Virus record (IMG/VR): IMGVR_UViG_3300009155_000035
Strand: one strand, 5' to 3'
Source: a virus
Lineage: Duplodnaviria; Caudoviricetes
DNA: 64,000 bases
A model generated the notes under the pieces. That model had not been told where the DNA came from. It ran no database searches and was given only the letters and a program-made list of their open reading frames with translations. Made by a program: the position numbers and the translations under genes. Positions 1-10,792 of the stretch are shown here, piece after piece; position 1 is the first letter of the stretch; each line of letters starts with the position of its first letter.

Positions 1-3000
1 TTGTTTTCTCTGAGATAAATTTCCCATTTGCCTTGCGCATTTGCAGTGATCTTTATTGAACTTCCATTGGGCACTGTGATCGTGTCTAAGCTTGATACGT
101 TTGGTACTTCAATTAGTATTCGAGACAGTGGATTATATCCTGGCGAGTACCAATTGATATAGTTCCAGTACAGTTTAGTATCATAGTTTTGTACACGAAT
201 CAAACGAACATAGTTTTTGCCAGTTAGATTGTTGAACTCAACTTCATAGATAGTCCAAAAACCGTTGTTGGTACTGTCTGAATCCACTAGATATGTATAA
301 CCAACATCGACTTCATCAAGATTTTGATATGACAACTCTTCAATGTTGACCACACGTTTATCCCAGGCACCTGAACTTGATGCTGGCTGCGGTTCACTGC
401 TGTTTAATAGATTAAATTTGCGAATTTCTGATATTGGGTACTGTGCCAATACTGTGTTTGCCCGTCCCAGGTAATTCTTTAATGCCAAGAATCTATTGGC
501 CACCATGCTCTGGCGTGGTCGGAACTCTACACCATATCTCTCGCTGATTTGCAAGAACGGATCAGGTACTGCAAACCCAGAAGTAGTTGCGCCACTTAAA
601 CTGTCAAGCATTTTCTTGTACAATGTATCAGTTAAAAATGCGCTGGCGCGGCCTTGTGCTACCAGTTGATATTCAACGTGAACATTGTCGTCATTGGCTT
701 CTCTATCGTACCCAATGTACAATATAGTGTCTTGTGCAGAAATATAAGGTACGCCATTGTAAATTGCCACGGTGCTTGCATTGATTGGCGCAACATAGCT
801 GATACCGCTGCTCTTTGGACTCTCAATATATCGAGCTATAATAGTTGTACTTAAAGTTTTGCCTGCCGTTCGATCAACTGTGGGAATTCCACTGACCCAA
901 AAGTAGTATTGTGTTTCTAAGAATCCTTGAAGATTTATTGAAGACGTAACAACATAATTGTCTAAACTACGTGGTGTTCCTTCGCCTGTATATTCACTGG
1001 GTGGCAGACTGCTTACAACCCATTGATAGACATCAATTGTACTACCGGGGAATATTTGTCCCCAGCGTCGACTTGCATACACTATGTCATTTTGATGCGG
1101 GTCAATAAATCTAACATTAGATGTATCCCACCAAATTTGTCCCACACGTTCTTGTGCCCATCGACTGCCATAATTATTCAGTGTGCCAGTGTTGTAGGCT
1201 GCAGGATCAACTGCACCAATGTAATTAATATTCTGTTGCACTGCACCCAACAACCGTCCTTGCAATGGATCAAAGAAATCAAAATACTGACGTGGTTTAC
1301 CAGTTACACGATCATACATGTAAATGGTATTCAACAAATCAATGTCAACAACTGGTTGTTGGATGTGAATTGGTATCCAGGCTGGACTTAGATTTGGATT
1401 ATGATATTGCAGTACTTTACCAGTATTAGCTGAACTATCGCCAAGATCACTGCCCGGCGCTCCAATTAATAGAACTCCAGTTGTGTAATCAATCGATCGT
1501 CCAAATTCGTCAAGGCTGTTGATTGTGTCATTGACAAATTGTTGGCCAAAAACAAACTTAACCGGGTTTTCAACTGTTGCCCCCGATGAAGACAATGCAT
1601 CATACTCGTAAACAACACCGCTTTGATTTGATGACCCATAGAAGTTGGTACTACGAGCATCAAAGTATGTTTCGCCACCATCAAATGTAGTTGGAGAGAT
1701 CATACTGCCGTTTGGTGCGCCGACCATCAATGTTACAACATCGTCACTGATGAATAATCCTTCACCAAAGTGTGCTTTGACTTGCGCAATAGGTGGGATA
1801 ATAGTTTGTTGCCAAACATACGTGTCAAACCCAATATCATCAAACAATGTGCCAGTACCTGGTAATACTGTCAGCTTGTTAAAACGTTGTGCCGCATCAT
1901 AGTTTGTAACATTAATTGTTATTCTACCAGACACTACCACAATTTTTGCAGTATTGAATGGAGCAACTACAAAACTAATTTGTTGAGCGGTGTTATTATA
2001 AGTGTAATCAACTCCCAGTGTTTGTAACACATCGTCAACATACACAACAGGAGTATATGAAGCAACTGAAGAATAAATGTCACCAACATCTAGAATTTTA
2101 GATGTGCCATCGCCTTCAAACACTAGATCTGGTGTCAACGTTGCAGTCACATTAGGTATTTTTGCGGCTGCAATATCACCAAACAAATCTTCAATAGTAG
2201 TTCCAGTGCATTCAACAAACTCGTTGTTAATGCGAATGTATTCTCCCGGGGTCAGGGTTGGATTTGCAATAGTTGAACTAATGGTCCCGTACACACGAGC
2301 TTGATTTCTCCACACTTCGACCTTGCCTCCTTCAGAGACAATAGTTGAATCATATGGTGAAGAAATGTACAAACTACAATCGTTAATACATTGATCAAGC
2401 TTCCAACCAAACTTGCTAGCATTGCTAGGAACATCTGACGCTAGTTGTTCAAGTAATGTAAATTGGTTTGTTTCAATTTCAATAACGTCACCAACAGCAA
2501 GTGGCGCTGTAATTGTTACAAATTGACTGCTAGGATTACTTGTATCTACTGCAAACGTACCATTGACGTTCAATTCAGCATTGACCAAGAATTCACCGTT
2601 GAGTGTGACTGAAATAAATCCTGGGTCAATCATGTCTTGCACAGGATAATAATCTGTTTGTGTAGCATCTGTAACAATAATACGTTGAATACTACGATCA
2701 AAAATGTATGCTTCTCCTGGCTCATTTTCATCAAGGTTTGGGGCGCCAATCATGATTTGGCTTCCTGTTGTGTTACAACTAATAGATTGTCCAAATCGGC
2801 TGTCAACCGTGCTACTGTCTCCGGGTCCTGGGATGTCAAGTGTGGCCACATAGTCAAAATAACTCAAGCTATCAACCAGGATAACTGCGCCCGGTCCTGG
2901 CACTGTGAGGAATTCCAATTCCTTGGTAACATCATCAAACGTATAATCAATGTCTGGTCGATACAGCTGATCATTTACACGCACTGTAAAAGACCAAAGA

Positions 3001-6000
3001 TTAATTGCTGTGGCCAAATATTGGTCTAATTGGAACAGGTAGGTGTTACTTACGCCACTGCCAGTGGGGTCTTTAAGATCAATAATAGCACCGTTGCTGT
3101 CTACTTCGGCAACAGTCACAGTGAAATTATTGGCTGGGTTTGTGCCGCCGCCAATGGTTGTGCCGTAAAATGTAACAGTGTCGCCAACTGCATAGTCAGC
3201 ACCACCAGTTTGTACCACTGCGGTATAGTCGCCGCGCACACGGTTTACTGTGAATGTTGCACCAGAACCTGATCCTGTTTCCGAGTCTGGCACTACATTG
3301 TAGTATCGTTGTTGGTCTAACTGCACGCCCGACTTGCGTGAAATAACAAGTCGTTGTCCGGCTGTGGGCAAGTCTATTAGAGAAAGAGTGCTACTAGATA
3401 TCGAATAATCACCAGGATAATTTAAAATTGTGTTGTCTAGTACAACAGATAACTGTTCAGGTTGATTATAATCAATTGAAATGTAATCACTCCAATTAAA
3501 TAATTGTGATGTTCCGGTTGTAATATACTCAACACTTTGTTGAGCAACATCAACACGAGTGTAAGCATATACTTTGTTACCAGCCGGAGCTGACACAAAC
3601 ATCCAACGTTCGTTTTGGCTTGTAGTAACACTGTATCCAAATTCAATTGCGCTGTAGTCACCATCGGGTGCAACTAGCAATTGTCGTTGTTCATAAACAT
3701 TGCTTCCTGGAGATACGTAAATTGTGGTAGCATAGCCTTGAGCACTGTTACTGTTACTTGCACCTGCAAGACCCCAACTTTGATCACCAATATCAATTTG
3801 ATTTCCGTAACCGGCAGCGTTTGTGGCCTTCAACTCCAGGATTGAATTTTGTTCGTACACATCTTGATCGTTACGAACATAGGTGTAGATGCCGCCTGGC
3901 TCAGTTTCCAAAGAATTAGGGTTATACCCTGGAGCACCAATCATGGCGCTGAGATTCCAAAAACCTTGGGCCACACTCTGTCCAAAGTGGCTTCCGGCCA
4001 CAGGAATTTGTGCGTCCAGTGTGGTATCTAGCACAAATGGTTCTGTTTTTTCAAGTACTGACCATAAATTCTCTGCGTTGCTGTCAACCCATACTTTGAC
4101 GCCCGGAGTTAATTGCTGTGCAAAAGATAACGATGCTATATCACTGGGTTGTGCGACTCTAGTAGATATCAGTGTTAGTCCTAGGCCATCGCCCTCAACA
4201 GAAGTAACAAAACCACTGAATGTGTAGTTAATTGTAACAGAGTAAATGCTAGGCACATCTAATACTGTGTATACTCCATTGATGTTGCTATCAAAGTTTT
4301 TAATTATTAGAATAGATCCAACACTCAACCCATGAGCTTGATTAAATGTCACAATACTTTGTGTTTCAAGATTGTCGCTGACCTGAGTGATCGCCCCGGC
4401 AACTTTTGATGTTCTGTAAACATTCCAGTTATAGGTATTGACTCGAGCCACCCATACAGTTGTGCCAATGCCAACATTATCTAGAACATTGGTAATATTT
4501 GCTGGATCGCTAAGATCAAACACTGTGATGTCAACATCATTTAAGTTTACATATCCAGCACTAGGGAAGCTCTTGTCAGATACACGAGCCTCGGTCGTTG
4601 TTGGTAGAATATTAGGCGAAGTTATTTTGTAACTGCTCTTCCAGATGTCATTGACCAATGTTGTTTGATCTGCACGTGATACTTGCTCTGGTTCAACCAC
4701 CTGAATCAAGCTTGGATCGCTTTGTAACAGTGGTTCATTGAGCAACAGTTCATAGTAACTAGAATTTGCATTTGCACCGTATATTCCGCGAAGTATTGCC
4801 CAGTACTCGTAAACATTATATTCTGCAACCTCCTTACCAAGGTTAGCAAGGCTAAACAAGTTAGTTGCTCGACGTGTTCCTTTGGTACCCAAGAACTGCT
4901 GATACAAGTTAACTTGACTCACATCATCAAGGTTGAGCGCAGCCATGTATTGACGTGGACGGAATCCAATCAAGCCATAGCTAAAAATATCAACTTCTTC
5001 TTCTAAGTTTGCATTATAGGTGCTGTATGCAGTGGACAATTGATCACTGCTGTTAGATGCATTGGGCAACAATCCTTTTTGCACCTGTGCATAATCACTC
5101 TTGAGCCATAAATTGTAATCAAACATAGCACTAGGTTTAATAATTGTGCTTGCACTCCAGTACTGATCTTTGAACAGCACAATGTCGCCTTTTGTATATT
5201 TGCGATTTGGCTGCCACTCTTGTATGTTATCCTGGTTGAGTACAAAGCCTGGAGCATTCACAGTTCCGTTCCAGTCTCCACTCAACCATCCAGCTACCAA
5301 CACACGACTTTGACGTGCGCCTGTTACAGGATTGTAAATCAAGTCAGCAAAAATACTTGTGTTGTCTAACACAACTAGATGTTCATACGCCGTGAATCTC
5401 AAGTTCAAGAAGCAAATGGTATCTGAACTAGTAACACTTACCTTGAAGGTATTGTCTAATCGATCAAACACAAGATTGCTTGGCTGAATGGTTTGTTTGT
5501 TTTGATTTAAAATCAAGTTATCAAGTCTAGGTGGGTACAAGCTTTCGGCCACCGCGCCCGGACGTATTACTGCAATACTAGTCGCACCTGGATTCAAGTT
5601 AATAATACTACCAGTAGTCCAACCTTGGTTGCTCCAGTACAAGAACTCTTGGGCCATTTGGTCCCAGTTCATGATATATCCGTTTTCAATTCCTTCAAAG
5701 GTCGTGCCATTTTCTTCTAGCAGTTTTCCATAACTGAGCAAAAAGTCGCAAACGGCTGCTCTGTTTGTAAAGACAAATCCGTATGGCACCCGAACAATGT
5801 TGTTGGTGTACTCGCTTGGCACTGTTACATCAGATCCACCGGCCGCAATTATTTTTTTCTTGCCGTTGGGTTTGGATACTAAAATTTTAAAGAAACTTGC
5901 CAGGCTAGCATACCCGTAAACTGCCCATCCGTCAGATGTTGTTTGCACAATAACTGAACTATATGTTATTTTTTCAAATGGGGGGTCTTGATACAACAGC

Positions 6001-9000
6001 AACTGGTAGCTTTCGTCTGGTAACAGCAACCCGGTATTAGACCCACTTGGTGTTGAACGCTCGGTATAAATTTTCAAGAACTTCTTGTCGCTGAATGCGG
6101 CCAGTCTCCAGCATAAACGTATGTCCAAGTTGGCCAATGTTTCGGTCAATCCAGTGCTACTGTCTATGCCACGTTGTTGATTATAGTCAATGATCCAGTT
6201 AATGTAACTCGCTGTGCTATTATCATTGCCATACAATGGTGTAACGTTCTTGGCTTCAAGTCGATAACGATTATTCCACAGGTATTGATCTAGTCCGGTG
6301 TCAAATACATATCGATCACGATCAACAAACAAACTAAAAAATTTAGCTGGCTTGGTAAGCGCAAGCAATCGCATCACTGCAAATGGCCACGAGCTACTTG
6401 TTTTCCAAGCGTTTTCAACTGGACCGTCATCTCCAAATGCCCAGCTACGACGGAAACTGGTGGCATCATAGTTGCCAACCACAGATGAAAGTGGTGCTAA
6501 CAACATGCCTTCGCTTCCGCTGGGTATTACATTTGTTAGACCTGGGCGAATATACAGTGGATCAACTCTTGGATTTTCTGGATCTGCAATATACCCTGCT
6601 TCTAGATCTTGCCATAACACCAAGTTACCAGAGGTGTAAGGTGCAGGGCCATATGTGTCTTGCCACCACGTTGGTTCTTCACTAAACCCTAGCATTTCCC
6701 ATGGTGTGGTATTTGGTGTGGTAGTGTCGTAGAAATACTGATATATGCCGCGCCAACCGCCAAGCAATGGTGCGCCATCAAGCTTGTTGCCACTTTGATT
6801 ATAATTGTAAGTGAATGGGTTGTTGGCTTGATAATTCTGTGCTGTATAATCAAGTTTGTTCCAGCCTACCCATCCCAAGAAATCTGGTTTTAGAATACTA
6901 TTGATCTCATCAAGCGTGTAATCAGTGACGCGGAACTGCCCAGGGATAACTTCTTCTGCTACCAACGGCACCGGCGTTTGAATTTTTAAGTTGTTGAAGA
7001 TACGTGTTTCAAATTCAAGCAGAACTTGATCTCGGAAATCGCCAAATGCCACGGTGATACTACCGTCATGTCCTTGTATAACTTCTGTGGGGGTAACGTA
7101 GCTTTCATCAATAAAAATTTCTGGTTTGTATGCCGGATACAAACCCATTTTAGTTGGAGTATTAGGAACATAGCTGCCGTATGTGGTACTGTATTCACGA
7201 ATAGTGATTACATCACCAACACTTAACGTAGTAAGGATTGTAATAGTTGAGGAGTCTGATGACACAGTGTAGTCATAGTCTTTGACAAGTATAGTGCCGT
7301 TTTGATATACTAACAATCCAAAAAAGTTTGAGCTAGTAAAATCATATATTTGTGTTGTGTCAAACACCGCGGTGCTAATAGGAGATACTGTGTAGACTAA
7401 TTCGGTATATGTTTGATTTGACGGGAGCATATCGCTCCAGTAAAACGGAAACAGTTGATTGCGGCCAAGAGTAATTTCTTCAATTGATGCGTCAAGAATT
7501 TGTGTTGGTGTTAAGTTTACAAAATCATTGCGGCCTGCAACATCTAGCAACAATGCTTTGTACTTGGTATATTCTTGACTGTTGTATGTTAGTGCGTTAA
7601 ACAACTCATATTGTTGCTTGCGCAAAAATACGCCCGGTAAAACCAACGGTGCCGAATGCTGAACAATGTTTTGACCGTACGGAATAATGTTTCCAAGATC
7701 CCTGGTGTTGTTGGCACCGTTGATTGGTCCAACAATAGTTTTTAAATTTTGCCCAATGGTATTGTAATGTGTACGGATAGTACCCAATGTAAACTGTGAG
7801 CTGTTGTTGTTTAGTGCATTGTTTTCAAGATTAATTGGAACTTGATAAAACGCCACTGAGCTAGCAATATTACTAATAGCCTGCACTTCAATAATAGTTT
7901 CATTGGCTATGGTAATAGAAAATGTAATTGTGGTCGTGCCATTGCTGTTAACAACTGTGGTATAGTTGTTTGGGTCAACGAACACCCCTTCAATAAAAAT
8001 TTGCACCGGTGGGTATATTGATGCAGTATCAATTGGAACATCAAGCACCAGAGGTTGATTGGTGTATGTAAATCTAAATACTTGACGGCTTCGGTTTTCT
8101 GCTGCCGCAGGCTGCCATCCAATTTGATTACTAAAAGTAACACGGTCAATGTATTGTCTAACAAAACCGTCACTGACGGTTACTGTTGTGCTTGTTTTAT
8201 CTTTAACGTAGATAAATGTGTCGTCATACAAATAATTGGAGAATACAATGTCGCCAACGTTGTTGATGGTTAGATATTTTAATGCTAGACCCAGCACCGG
8301 GTCCAAGATGCTAGAATCAGTTACAGCATAACCAAACAACTTGTTACCAAAAAATGTAGTACTTGGGTATACCGCACGATCGCCAAAGCTACGACCGTTT
8401 AAGTCGTAGACATCAAACAACGGAGCTTGGTTTACGCCAGTTTTCTGTTGTGCAGAAATCCATTGGTCTCCGTTAAACCAAAAACTTTTGCCTTGTAGTG
8501 TTGCACCGTTGAGACTCACCACTGTTTCGTCGTACAACACTTCACCGTTTTCAACTGGCACCAAATCAATTACTAGTGTACCACTATCATTGGGGTCTAT
8601 GAATCGTACTTCGTAAATTCTATTTCTTACTGTTGGATCAATGTCTGCGGCAAAAATAACTAGTGTACCATTTAAAAACGTATATCCATCAATGCCATAA
8701 CCAATTCGCCCGTTGACGTTACTCAACGCATCAGTTTGATTGAAGTCAATGATGTTTATTGGTCTCTTTGATAACGTACCGTAATTCCATAGTTTTAGAT
8801 TTGATCTAAATTCAATAATAGGACGTTTTGCACGTTGTGCATTATCAATAACTGGAATAATGTTATTTCTCTCGGCACTGTAGTTAATAACATCAATGTG
8901 GAACCAACGATTGCTTCTGCTCCAAGCATTGCGATCGGTGGCCGCACGATTAATTGTAATATAGTCTTGAATCAATGGTGCATTGATACTAGCATCGTAC

Positions 9001-10769
9001 CCGCCAACATCGTACTCTAGACTAGAGTAAGGTATAAGTTCACTCTTGGTGTATGTTTCGGGTGTTACCAGATCTGTAACAGGGATTAATTTGATACCGT
9101 TGCCTTCGTCGGCACCTGCTACTGATACGGTTGATATTGGTGCTCCCTCTGGACCACCTGCACCATAGTTAATCAAACTGGTTTCAACAGTGTCGTAAAT
9201 GTATTGTTGAAAATATCCAGTGTGTGTTGCGCCGGTCATCTTTTGACCTTGATACTCATGGAATGGTCCAAAGTATGCTTGACCATTAACAAATCCCACT
9301 TGAGTCGCTAGCCCTGGACCTGTGCCCACGCCCTCAACATAGTATTCCAAGTCCTGATATTTTGCAGGATAAGTTGGTCCTCTAAATTGAATTTTTAGTC
9401 CGTTGGTGAAAACTACACCGTTGGGACTGGTGTAATTTTTAGACCCGATGATTTCGTCAATGATAATTGGGTCAGCTTGTGCTGGATCAATTAATCGAAT
9501 CTCTCCAAAAATTTCTGGGTTGGTGCTGTCTTGGTAATACAACGTATCTTGTACAGCAGTCAACAATGGCTGTTGTTGATAATAACCACTGGCATTTTTA
9601 TACCAATAAGTGCTGTTGTACTCAGTACCATAACGAATACGGAATTTAGATAGATTTGGAACATCTAATACGCTGTCAAGTGTCATGTACGGGTTACCGT
9701 CAGTATCGTACACATAGTTAATACGCCAAACGCTGTAGCGTTGACCTTGAACAGTTATGTCTGTGGTCTGATCAAATGTAGTAGTATCAAATGTACCAAT
9801 TGCGCCAGGAGTACCAGCAGTGGGGACCGGGTCAAACTGTGTGTTAATTTGCCAGCCACCTTCTTCTGCATTAAAAATGCGATTTGTAAAAATTACGCTA
9901 CGACCATTCAGTGCAGTGATACCATCAATGCCGTTAGGGAATTGCTCTAGGAATACCGAAACATAAATGTTGTTGATTTGATTAAACTCTAAGTGTGTGA
10001 CCAAATCAACTGGGGCAAGTTCGGTTAGATTATAATAAAAATCTTGAGCGTTTTTTAGCGGAACATAAAATTCAACACTGCCAACATCCTCACCATTGTT
10101 AACAACCCCATATACGTCGCGACTGCTGATATTAGGGGATTGCGGTAAGCGTCCATTTACACCAGGGGTACTTTGTATCCAAAAATTATGCCCAGATTGA
10201 TTAACATTGAATGTGTAATTACCACCACGGGCAAGCGTGATAATTGGATTATTGCCCGATGTACCAAAAAATTGATAAGCAGTTGGTGTACGAGTTACTG
10301 CAATATCGTCGGTTAGCGGAATATCTGTGTTGCCCACATCAACTGAATCAGGTCCGGCAGGAAGCCAATAGTACTGGCTATAGTTGCTGAATTTGTCAAA
10401 GTCTACAAATGGGTCCCAAGAGTAATATTCACTTTCCCACAAACGATCTTGGCGGGTCACATCTCCATCTTGCAATGCAAGGGCGTCAATAATACCTGGA
10501 TAAGTGATGGCATCAATTGCTTTAGCAGTGTCGGTTTTTAAAAATACAACGCCCGGTTCAAGTTGATAATCGTTACGAACTGCTGTTGGTTCTGTAATGT
10601 ATTTGTCAGCTGGGTTGACTCCTGGGCCGACACGACGACCTACATAGCCTTGAGTGCGGCGAATGTTTGGCTCTTGTGTGAGTTGATCAAGAGTGGCCGA
10701 CAAAAATTTACGATTGGTATTGGTTCGAAAAATCTCTGGTAAGAGATCAATTGTTCTATTCAATGCCAT
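1..10769 (-). CDS. Giant baseplate wedge/structural protein (gp7-like position), 3'-truncated by the window edge, >3,580 aa
   Basis: ATG at 10769 preceded by AGGAG SD; reads MALNRTIDLLPEIFRTNTNRKFLSATLDQLTQEP. Spot-checked in frame at 3780-3830 (TNAAGYGNQIDIGDQ) and at 3-60 (SIKITANAQGKWEIYLREN). Absent from the ORF track, consistent with no stop inside the window. FG-GAP-like motifs around 1.7-3.8 kb. Lies directly downstream of the gp6-like gene. Confidence 0.8.
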   Translation of the reverse strand, partial: MALNRTIDLLPEIFRTNTNRKFLSATLDQLTQEPNIRRTQGYVGRRVGPGVNPADKYITEPTAVRNDYQLEPGVVFLKTDTAKAIDAITYPGIIDALALQDGDVTRQDRLWESEYYSWDPFVDFDKFSNYSQYYWLPAGPDSVDVGNTDIPLTDDIAVTRTPTAYQFFGTSGNNPIITLARGGNYTFNVNQSGHNFWIQSTPGVNGRLPQSPNISSRDVYGVVNNGEDVGSVEFYVPLKNAQDFYYNLTELAPVDLVTHLEFNQINNIYVSVFLEQFPNGIDGITALNGRSVIFTNRIFNAEEGGWQINTQFDPVPTAGTPGAIGTFDTTTFDQTTDITVQGQRYSVWRINYVYDTDGNPYMTLDSVLDVPNLSKFRIRYGTEYNSTYWYKNASGYYQQQPLLTAVQDTLYYQDSTNPEIFGEIRLIDPAQADPIIIDEIIGSKNYTSPNGVVFTNGLKIQFRGPTYPAKYQDLEYYVEGVGTGPGLATQVGFVNGQAYFGPFHEYQGQKMTGATHTGYFQQYIYDTVETSLINYGAGGPEGAPISTVSVAGADEGNGIKLIPVTDLVTPETYTKSELIPYSSLEYDVGGYDASINAPLIQDYITINRAATDRNAWSRSNRWFHIDVINYSAERNNIIPVIDNAQRAKRPIIEFRSNLKLWNYGTLSKRPINIIDFNQTDALSNVNGRIGYGIDGYTFLNGTLVIFAADIDPTVRNRIYEVRFIDPNDSGTLVIDLVPVENGEVLYDETVVSLNGATLQGKSFWFNGDQWISAQQKTGVNQAPLFDVYDLNGRSFGDRAVYPSTTFFGNKLFGYAVTDSSILDPVLGLALKYLTINNVGDIVFSNYLYDDTFIYVKDKTSTTVTVSDGFVRQYIDRVTFSNQIGWQPAAAENRSRQVFRFTYTNQPLVLDVPIDTASIYPPVQIFIEGVFVDPNNYTTVVNSNGTTTITFSITIANETIIEVQAISNIASSVAFYQVPINLENNALNNNSSQFTLGTIRTHYNTIGQNLKTIVGPINGANNTRDLGNIIPYGQNIVQHSAPLVLPGVFLRKQQYELFNALTYNSQEYTKYKALLLDVAGRNDFVNLTPTQILDASIEEITLGRNQLFPFYWSDMLPSNQTYTELVYTVSPISTAVFDTTQIYDFTSSNFFGLLVYQNGTILVKDYDYTVSSDSSTITILTTLSVGDVITIREYSTTYGSYVPNTPTKMGLYPAYKPEIFIDESYVTPTEVIQGHDGSITVAFGDFRDQVLLEFETRIFNNLKIQTPVPLVAEEVIPGQFRVTDYTLDEINSILKPDFLGWVGWNKLDYTAQNYQANNPFTYNYNQSGNKLDGAPLLGGWRGIYQYFYDTTTPNTTPWEMLGFSEEPTWWQDTYGPAPYTSGNLVLWQDLEAGYIADPENPRVDPLYIRPGLTNVIPSGSEGMLLAPLSSVVGNYDATSFRRSWAFGDDGPVENAWKTSSSWPFAVMRLLALTKPAKFFSLFVDRDRYVFDTGLDQYLWNNRYRLEAKNVTPLYGNDNSTASYINWIIDYNQQRGIDSSTGLTETLANLDIRLCWRLAAFSDKKFLKIYTERSTPSGSNTGLLLPDESYQLLLYQDPPFEKITYSSVIVQTTSDGWAVYGYASLASFFKILVSKPNGKKKIIAAGGSDVTVPSEYTNNIVRVPYGFVFTNRAAVCDFLLSYGKLLEENGTTFEGIENGYIMNWDQMAQEFLYWSNQGWTTGSIINLNPGATSIAVIRPGAVAESLYPPRLDNLILNQNKQTIQPSNLVFDRLDNTFKVSVTSSDTICFLNLRFTAYEHLVVLDNTSIFADLIYNPVTGARQSRVLVAGWLSGDWNGTVNAPGFVLNQDNIQEWQPNRKYTKGDIVLFKDQYWSASTIIKPSAMFDYNLWLKSDYAQVQKGLLPNASNSSDQLSTAYSTYNANLEEEVDIFSYGLIGFRPRQYMAALNLDDVSQVNLYQQFLGTKGTRRATNLFSLANLGKEVAEYNVYEYWAILRGIYGANANSSYYELLLNEPLLQSDPSLIQVVEPEQVSRADQTTLVNDIWKSSYKITSPNILPTTTEARVSDKSFPSAGYVNLNDVDITVFDLSDPANITNVLDNVGIGTTVWVARVNTYNWNVYRTSKVAGAITQVSDNLETQSIVTFNQAHGLSVGSILIIKNFDSNINGVYTVLDVPSIYSVTINYTFSGFVTSVEGDGLGLTLISTRVAQPSDIASLSFAQQLTPGVKVWVDSNAENLWSVLEKTEPFVLDTTLDAQIPVAGSHFGQSVAQGFWNLSAMIGAPGYNPNSLETEPGGIYTYVRNDQDVYEQNSILELKATNAAGYGNQIDIGDQSWGLAGASNSNSAQGYATTIYVSPGSNVYEQRQLLVAPDGDYSAIEFGYSVTTSQNERWMFVSAPAGNKVYAYTRVDVAQQSVEYITTGTSQLFNWSDYISIDYNQPEQLSVVLDNTILNYPGDYSISSSTLSLIDLPTAGQRLVISRKSGVQLDQQRYYNVVPDSETGSGSGATFTVNRVRGDYTAVVQTGGADYAVGDTVTFYGTTIGGGTNPANNFTVTVAEVDSNGAIIDLKDPTGSGVSNTYLFQLDQYLATAINLWSFTVRVNDQLYRPDIDYTFDDVTKELEFLTVPGPGAVILVDSLSYFDYVATLDIPGPGDSSTVDSRFGQSISCNTTGSQIMIGAPNLDENEPGEAYIFDRSIQRIIVTDATQTDYYPVQDMIDPGFISVTLNGEFLVNAELNVNGTFAVDTSNPSSQFVTITAPLAVGDVIEIETNQFTLLEQLASDVPSNASKFGWKLDQCINDCSLYISSPYDSTIVSEGGKVEVWRNQARVYGTISSTIANPTLTPGEYIRINNEFVECTGTTIEDLFGDIAAAKIPNVTATLTPDLVFEGDGTSKILDVGDIYSSVASYTPVVYVDDVLQTLGVDYTYNNTAQQISFVVAPFNTAKIVVVSGRITINVTNYDAAQRFNKLTVLPGTGTLFDDIGFDTYVWQQTIIPPIAQVKAHFGEGLFISDDVVTLMVGAPNGSMISPTTFDGGETYFDARSTNFYGSSNQSGVVYEYDALSSSGATVENPVKFVFGQQFVNDTINSLDEFGRSIDYTTGVLLIGAPGSDLGDSSANTGKVLQYHNPNLSPAWIPIHIQQPVVDIDLLNTIYMYDRVTGKPRQYFDFFDPLQGRLLGAVQQNINYIGAVDPAAYNTGTLNNYGSRWAQERVGQIWWDTSNVRFIDPHQNDIVYASRRWGQIFPGSTIDVYQWVVSSLPPSEYTGEGTPRSLDNYVVTSSINLQGFLETQYYFWVSGIPTVDRTAGKTLSTTIIARYIESPKSSGISYVAPINASTVAIYNGVPYISAQDTILYIGYDREANDDNVHVEYQLVAQGRASAFLTDTLYKKMLDSLSGATTSGFAVPDPFLQISERYGVEFRPRQSMVANRFLALKNYLGRANTVLAQYPISEIRKFNLLNSSEPQPASSSGAWDKRVVNIEELSYQNLDEVDVGYTYLVDSDSTNNGFWTIYEVEFNNLTGKNYVRLIRVQNYDTKLYWNYINWYSPGYNPLSRILIEVPNVSSLDTITVPNGSSIKITANAQGKWEIYLREN

Positions 10770-10792
10770 TAATTACTCCTGATATATTTTAT

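Noticed and set aside
654-9950. Many short ORFs on both strands listed in the track
   Set aside because: They are shadows of the giant minus-strand frame, with no SD or recognisable motifs
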